This document shows, one piece after another, positions 59,046 through 64,000 of a stretch of DNA of 64,000 nucleotides. Position numbers and translations under genes: made by a program. Source of the stretch: Bacteroidales bacterium (lineage in GTDB: Bacteria > Bacteroidota > Bacteroidia > Bacteroidales > GCA-2748055). The notes under the pieces were generated by a model. It worked only from the letters and a program-made list of their open reading frames with translations. It had not been told where the DNA came from and ran no database searches. Location of the stretch: positions 17,718 to 81,717 of the forward strand of contig JBBQAQ010000012.1 of the NCBI GenBank assembly GCA_038316435.1. Direction: 5' to 3'. Position 1 is the stretch's first letter. Every line of letters starts with the position of its first letter.

Positions 59046-59132
59046 TCGACCCCTATCGGGGCTGGAAATTCTGCGTATATTTATGCCGCAGGTTTTCACC
59101 CACGGTTATTGAAATTTACCCCCTTCGGGGAT
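59046..59132. repeat. REP/BIME-like composite element
   Basis: CCCC-tatc-GGGG and CCCC-ttc-GGGG hairpins flanking a CCGCAGGT...ACCCACGG hairpin in GC-rich intergenic DNA. Confidence 0.5.
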
Positions 59133-59208
59133 TAATTGACCACATTGCCCAATATCATTTTAACTATACAATAGGATAAACCTGACACTTCAAAATAAGC
59201 AGTACCCT

Positions 59209-60579
59209 CTATTTCTTCAGTTCGCAAAAATATTTGAAAAACAATGGAATTGTCTCAATTCCTTTTAAGAAATGGCTCACCGGATAATTCTCATTGGGCG
59301 AATGAATGGCATCGGAATCTAGTCCAAATCCTAATAATATGGATTTAATTCCTAAAACCTCTTCAAAATCTGCAACTATGGGAATACTACCTCCGCTTCT
59401 TGTAGGCACTGGCTTTTTGCCAAATGTTTCTTCAACAGCTTTGCTGGCAGCAAGAAATCCGGGAGTATCTATAGGAGAAACATACCCTTCTCCCCCATGA
59501 AGACTGGTTACTTTCACGCGAATTCCTTTGGGGGCAATCGATTTGAAGTGATCTTCAAAGAGTTTATCTATTTTTTTTGACTTCTGGTTGGGTACGAGTC
59601 TCATTGAAATTTTCGCATATGCTTTGGAAGGAAGAACGGTTTTAGCGCCCTCACCGGTATATCCCGACCACATTCCGCAAACATCCAGAGTTGGCCTTAT
59701 TCCGGTTCGTTCAATTACTGAGTATCCCTTTTCGCCGAGTACATCTTCAATATCAAGAGCTTTTTTGTAATTCTCCAGATTAAATGGGGCTTTGGCCATT
59801 TCCTTCCTTTCTTCTGCACTAATTTCAACCACATCATCGTAAAATCCCGGGATGGTAATATGTTGATTTTCATTGGTAAGAGTGGCGATCATTTTTGCAA
59901 GGATATTCGCAGGATTGGCCACAGCACCGCCATACAAACCCGAATGAAGATCGCGGTTAGGGCCTGTCAGTTCTACTTCAAGATAGCTAAGTCCGCGTAA
60001 ACCCACAGTAATAGAAGGTATATCGCTTGCAATCATTGTGGTATCAGAAATCAGAATGATGTCGGCTTTTAAAAGTTCTTTGTTTTGTATACAGAAATCT
60101 TTGAGGCTAGGGGATCCGATCTCTTCCTCACCTTCGATCATAAATTTAATGTTGCAGGGAAGAGAGGCAGTGCGGTTCATCATCTCGAAGGCTTTTACCT
60201 GCATGAACATTTGTCCTTTATCATCATCAGCTCCCCTGGCAAAAATCTTACCCTCTCTTATTTCAGGCTCGAAGGGAGGCGATTTCCAGAGATCAAGCGG
60301 CTCAACTGGCTGAACATCATAATGTCCGTATACCAAAACTGTAGGCTTGGATGGATCAATAATTTTTTCCGCATAAACAACAGGAAATCCCTTTGTGCTC
60401 TTAAGTTCAGATATAGTAGCTCCTGCGGCCAGAAGTGCCGATTTAATATATTCGGCGGTCTTAATCATATCATCTTTATGCTCTGGACGGGCGCTTATTG
60501 AAGGAATTCGTATCAGACCAAAGAGTTCATCAAGGAATCGGTCTTTGTTTTGTTCAATATATGTTTTATTTGTGCTCAT
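59209..60579 (-). CDS. M20-family dipeptidase
   Basis: YGHYDVQP, ARGADDDKGQ, EGEEEIGS, DLHSG, GGSIP, HSPNE; ATG 60579 preferred. Confidence 0.93.
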   Translation of the reverse strand: MSTNKTYIEQNKDRFLDELFGLIRIPSISARPEHKDDMIKTAEYIKSALLAAGATISELKSTKGFPVVYAEKIIDPSKPTVLVYGHYDVQPVEPLDLWKSPPFEPEIREGKIFARGADDDKGQMFMQVKAFEMMNRTASLPCNIKFMIEGEEEIGSPSLKDFCIQNKELLKADIILISDTTMIASDIPSITVGLRGLSYLEVELTGPNRDLHSGLYGGAVANPANILAKMIATLTNENQHITIPGFYDDVVEISAEERKEMAKAPFNLENYKKALDIEDVLGEKGYSVIERTGIRPTLDVCGMWSGYTGEGAKTVLPSKAYAKISMRLVPNQKSKKIDKLFEDHFKSIAPKGIRVKVTSLHGGEGYVSPIDTPGFLAASKAVEETFGKKPVPTRSGGSIPIVADFEEVLGIKSILLGFGLDSDAIHSPNENYPVSHFLKGIETIPLFFKYFCELKK

Positions 60580-60671
60580 GGTTGTAGAAATTTGAGGTAA
60601 TATTAAGAAAAACCTGCTGTTTTTTGACAATAACCGGGCTGTTTAGGAACAGGGAATTAAAATCAGAGATA

Positions 60672-61247
60672 TTATAACATCCTTTGCTGAAGTGCATCAT
60701 TTACTACCTCCAGCTCTTTATAAAAGCTCTCTCCAAAAGCTCTTATAATTGGCTCTTTAAGGAATTTAAAAACTGGCATATCAAGGCTTTCACCCAATAT
60801 TAATGCAGGAGTGCAGATATCCCATTCATGATAATTCAGGGCAATATGATCTCCGATTTTTGATAAACGTATCGGGTATAGATGGCAGGAAACTGGTTTT
60901 TGGAAAGTCGTCATTCCCTTTTTCCATGCAAATTCAATTCCACATTTTGCAATTCCATTTTGAAAAACTGTATAGGCACATTCCTTGCCTTTATTGAGCG
61001 GAGTAACAAAATCGGTGGGGCCGTCGGATACCCATTTTCCCTCTTTCTCAACAGCCTTTCTTCCGCTTTCGGAAAGTATCTCCTTAAAGTTATTGTATTC
61101 ATTATCAAGGATGGCTCTTTCATCTGCTGCAAGTGGCGCTCCAGCATCCCCATGAACACAGCATGCGCCCTTGCATGCAAAAAGATTACATACAAACTTC
61201 TTTTCAAAAAGATCGAGACTCACCAGTTTATTATCTATCTGTATCAT
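60672..61247 (-). CDS. DUF3109-family Cys-rich protein
   Basis: FVCNLFACKGACCVHGDAGAP, CGIE, KPVSCHLYPIR. Confidence 0.85.
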   Translation of the reverse strand: MIQIDNKLVSLDLFEKKFVCNLFACKGACCVHGDAGAPLAADERAILDNEYNNFKEILSESGRKAVEKEGKWVSDGPTDFVTPLNKGKECAYTVFQNGIAKCGIEFAWKKGMTTFQKPVSCHLYPIRLSKIGDHIALNYHEWDICTPALILGESLDMPVFKFLKEPIIRAFGESFYKELEVVNDALQQRML

Positions 61248-61401
61248 TTAGTTTTTCATTCAGCGGGAAAATTAGTTATTTTATTTGCAGGGAAAAAGAA
61301 TTGGTAAAATACTGCTAAGAATTATTTATCAATTCCTTAACCCTAATAAACTGATATAATCAGCGAATTGCATAATTTTGCAAAATTAAAAGCTATGTTT
61401 C

Positions 61402-62505
61402 ATGGAGAAGATTATATTCATTTTGTCTATTTTGATTTTTTCAATTGAGTCCAAAGCGCAAATACATCTTCTGGACCGGCCTGATTTACTTAAAAAAATT
61501 GAAACTGAATTGTCATTTACTTATAGTAATGATTTTACAAAAGCCAGAGCAGAACTGAGTGTTCTTCAAAAACTAATTCCGGATCATCCAGTATTATCAT
61601 TTATGGAAGCCCTAAATGTATATTGGGAAAATTTCCCCCTGACACCCAACAATCCAAAATCCCTTGATTTCCTTAATTTACTTGAGGATGCATGTATGAA
61701 GGGAACTCTGATGCTCGAAAAAGATCCGGAAAGTCTGGAAGGCTTGTTTTTTGAATTATTTCCAAGAGCACTTTATTCGGAATTCTGGGCAGATAACGGG
61801 AAGCCGGGAAAAGTTTTTCCATATCTGAACAGCATGTATCACAGAACGTTAAAGGGAATGGAAGTACAGGACAAGTTCAAGGAATTTTATTTTACTAGCG
61901 GGCTTTACAATTATTATATGGAAGCCTATCCCGAAAAACACCCTGCATATAAACCTGTAAAGCTTCTTTTTCAGGCCGGAGATAAGGAAAAAGGGCTGAA
62001 TCAATTAATTTACTGCTCAAAAAATGCTGTCTATGTTAAAAATGAGGCTCGTTCATTTCTTGCGTATATTTACATGAATTACGAATCAAATCCCCTTGAA
62101 GCATCCTTATATGCAGCCGGGCTTTACAGGGAATTCCCAAGAAATCCGCTTTATGTGGGCAGGTATGCGGAAATTCTGATTTATAGCAACAAATTTGCAG
62201 TTGCCGATATTATTGTGAATAATCTCAACAACTTACCAGGCGATTTTGCAAAGATGGAGTATCACCTTTACAAAGGACTTTTAGACGAGAAATACAGAAA
62301 AAATTATGAATTGGCATTTCAGGAATATACCACAGCTCTTAAAATGGCTGAAAAGTATGAAGATGCAGGAGCTGTTTTCAATGCTATGGTCTGGATGGGG
62401 CTTGGACGGTATTACCAGTCGAAAAAGGATTTTTCTTCGGCCAACAAGTATTTCAGGATGGCGCAAAATGTTTCTACCTACGAATATGTTATAAACGACA
62501 AATAA
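61402..62505 (+). CDS. Exported TPR-like hypothetical protein
   Basis: Signal peptide; helical repeats (SGLYNYY, FPRNP, WMGLGRYY). Confidence 0.7.
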   Translation: MEKIIFILSILIFSIESKAQIHLLDRPDLLKKIETELSFTYSNDFTKARAELSVLQKLIPDHPVLSFMEALNVYWENFPLTPNNPKSLDFLNLLEDACMKGTLMLEKDPESLEGLFFELFPRALYSEFWADNGKPGKVFPYLNSMYHRTLKGMEVQDKFKEFYFTSGLYNYYMEAYPEKHPAYKPVKLLFQAGDKEKGLNQLIYCSKNAVYVKNEARSFLAYIYMNYESNPLEASLYAAGLYREFPRNPLYVGRYAEILIYSNKFAVADIIVNNLNNLPGDFAKMEYHLYKGLLDEKYRKNYELAFQEYTTALKMAEKYEDAGAVFNAMVWMGLGRYYQSKKDFSSANKYFRMAQNVSTYEYVINDK

Positions 62506-62517
62506 CAAAATTTCACT

Positions 62518-63162
62518 ATGCAGAAAATCAGTTTGCAATATCTTAAGGAAAGTGGCAAATTTAAGCTTTTTAAAGAACTAAGATTCAATGAAATCCTTGG
62601 ATTTGTTCTGGAGAATATTAAGGCTGCAAACAGCGTGACAATTAGTTTTTTCGTAATAAATGCCTTGTTTTTATGTTTGCTTGTATCACAAATTATTCTG
62701 GGGATTTTGAAGCATGGGATTTCATTTGATACCTTCAGTAATTATTCACCGGCTTTTTTAAGGGGAGTGGTTACTGGAAGCTTGCTGATAATCCCTGTTC
62801 ATGAAGGTCTTCACGCACTTGGATTTCTGATAGTTGGAGCAAGGAAAATCAGATTTGGTGCCGACTTAAAGCAAATGATTGTATATGCAACTGCTGAAAA
62901 CTTTGTAGCCAGTAAAAAAAACTTTTTTCTTCTGGCACTGGCTCCATTTGTTGTAATTAATATAGTTTGCATCCCTTTTTTGGTCTTTGGCGGCTCCGAA
63001 ACCAGATTTTTTTTAACTACTATGCTCTTCCTTCATAATATCATGTGCGTTGGCGATTTTGGAATGATGAGTTTTTTTATTCGTCACAAAGACAAGGAAA
63101 TGTTTACCTTTGATGATCTGGATACAAAAACGACCTGGTTTTACGAAAAGAAAAAATCGTGA
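62518..63162 (+). CDS. DUF3267-like membrane zinc metallopeptidase
   Basis: HEGLH in a TM context, LAPF, GD motif. Confidence 0.75.
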   Translation: MQKISLQYLKESGKFKLFKELRFNEILGFVLENIKAANSVTISFFVINALFLCLLVSQIILGILKHGISFDTFSNYSPAFLRGVVTGSLLIIPVHEGLHALGFLIVGARKIRFGADLKQMIVYATAENFVASKKNFFLLALAPFVVINIVCIPFLVFGGSETRFFLTTMLFLHNIMCVGDFGMMSFFIRHKDKEMFTFDDLDTKTTWFYEKKKS

Positions 63163-63212
63163 ACCTTAGGCAAAAATATTTGTTTATCCCCTGAAATTTA
63201 AAAAATAAAAAA

Positions 63213-63710
63213 ATGGCAAACATCACATTAAAAGGCAATGCGATTCACACAATTGGAAATCTTCCTGCAAAAGGAAGTATTGCGCCGGATTTTAAAATTA
63301 CAAAGACTGATTTATCTGAAACCACCTTATCTGATTATGCAGGTAAACGCCTGGTTCTTAATATTTTTCCAAGTCTGGATACAAGTACCTGCGCTGCTTC
63401 AGTCAGACAGTTTAATGCAAAGGCACAAAGTCTGAAAAACACAGTTGTATTATGTGTTTCGATGGACTTACCATTTGCACACAGCAGGTTTTGTGCAGCT
63501 GAAGGATTAAAAGATGTTATTTCAGCATCAGTATTTCGCGCACCGGAATTTGGCAAAAGCTATGGTCTTACTATTTCAGACGGACCGCTTGCAGGGCTAT
63601 TGTCGCGTGCTGTTGTGATTGTTGATGAAAACAAAAAGGTTATTTATACTGAGCAGGTTCCGGAAATTACACAGGAACCCGATTATAGTTCTGCTTTGGC
63701 AGCGCTATAG
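63213..63710 (+). CDS. tpx: Thiol peroxidase (atypical 2-Cys peroxiredoxin)
   Basis: NIFPSLDTSTCAASVRQFN, SMDLPFAHSRFC, LSRAV, EPDY. Confidence 0.95.
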   Translation: MANITLKGNAIHTIGNLPAKGSIAPDFKITKTDLSETTLSDYAGKRLVLNIFPSLDTSTCAASVRQFNAKAQSLKNTVVLCVSMDLPFAHSRFCAAEGLKDVISASVFRAPEFGKSYGLTISDGPLAGLLSRAVVIVDENKKVIYTEQVPEITQEPDYSSALAAL

Positions 63711-63714
63711 TTTT

Positions 63715-64000
63715 TCAAATAAGATTTGCGGAATTTGCCCAATCTTCCATTGTCATTGGAATTGCCTTTTTGGCTCTGTCCTCTGCCAAATCTAAATATG
63801 CATTCACAATTCGTCCCAACGATTCTAATTCTTGTTGCGATAAATAATTTTTAGCAATTACAACATCTGCTTTCAATATTTTCCCATCCGTTGCTTTTTC
63901 CCATGAGCTTAATCCCATATTTTGGATTTCTGCATTGGCTCTCAACATTATTAATTCTGAAGCCGTATGTCCATGAACTGCAAAATGCAACTTGTTTTGA
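63715..64000 (-). pseudogene. Virulence RhuM-family protein, 3' part (5' end outside window; C-terminus appears truncated)
   Basis: QNKLHFAVHGHTASELI...NMGLSSW...AKNYLS..EL..L.RIVNAYLDLAE...PMTMEDW, then a stop after 7 residues. Confidence 0.65.

Overview
A 64-kb AT-rich chromosomal window from a Bacteroidota bacterium, probably Bacteroidales-like. The evidence is TAnnTTTG -7 promoters, a T9SS C-terminal-domain remnant, lipoproteins, GSIII and Bacteroidota gene order. No rRNA, tRNA, CRISPR array or intact transposase was recognised. The left ~25 kb is an accessory region: a hybrid kinase, TPR and FISUMP proteins, a divergent Crp/Fnr - ~11-heme cytochrome c lipoprotein - double-rhodanese lipoprotein module, an RND efflux operon, tandem APC permease paralogues and several deletion- or nonsense-damaged pseudogenes. 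The right ~39 kb is mostly housekeeping (tcdA, arcA, sucC, pnp-rpsO, purM-prfA-pyrF, GSIII, tpx). Between rpsO and the purM-prfA-pyrF-DUF2851 operon lies a ~5-kb minus-strand block. It encodes a KamA-type radical SAM/PLP aminomutase, two Ddl-like ATP-grasp ligases and a GNAT acetyltransferase, then a small membrane protein and two tandem double-glycine-leader peptides, one of which is missing from the ORF track. This block is the best candidate for an uncharacterised biosynthetic system. The cytochrome-rhodanese module and the diverged APC permease pair are next. Family calls come from motif recognition by eye, not from database searches.
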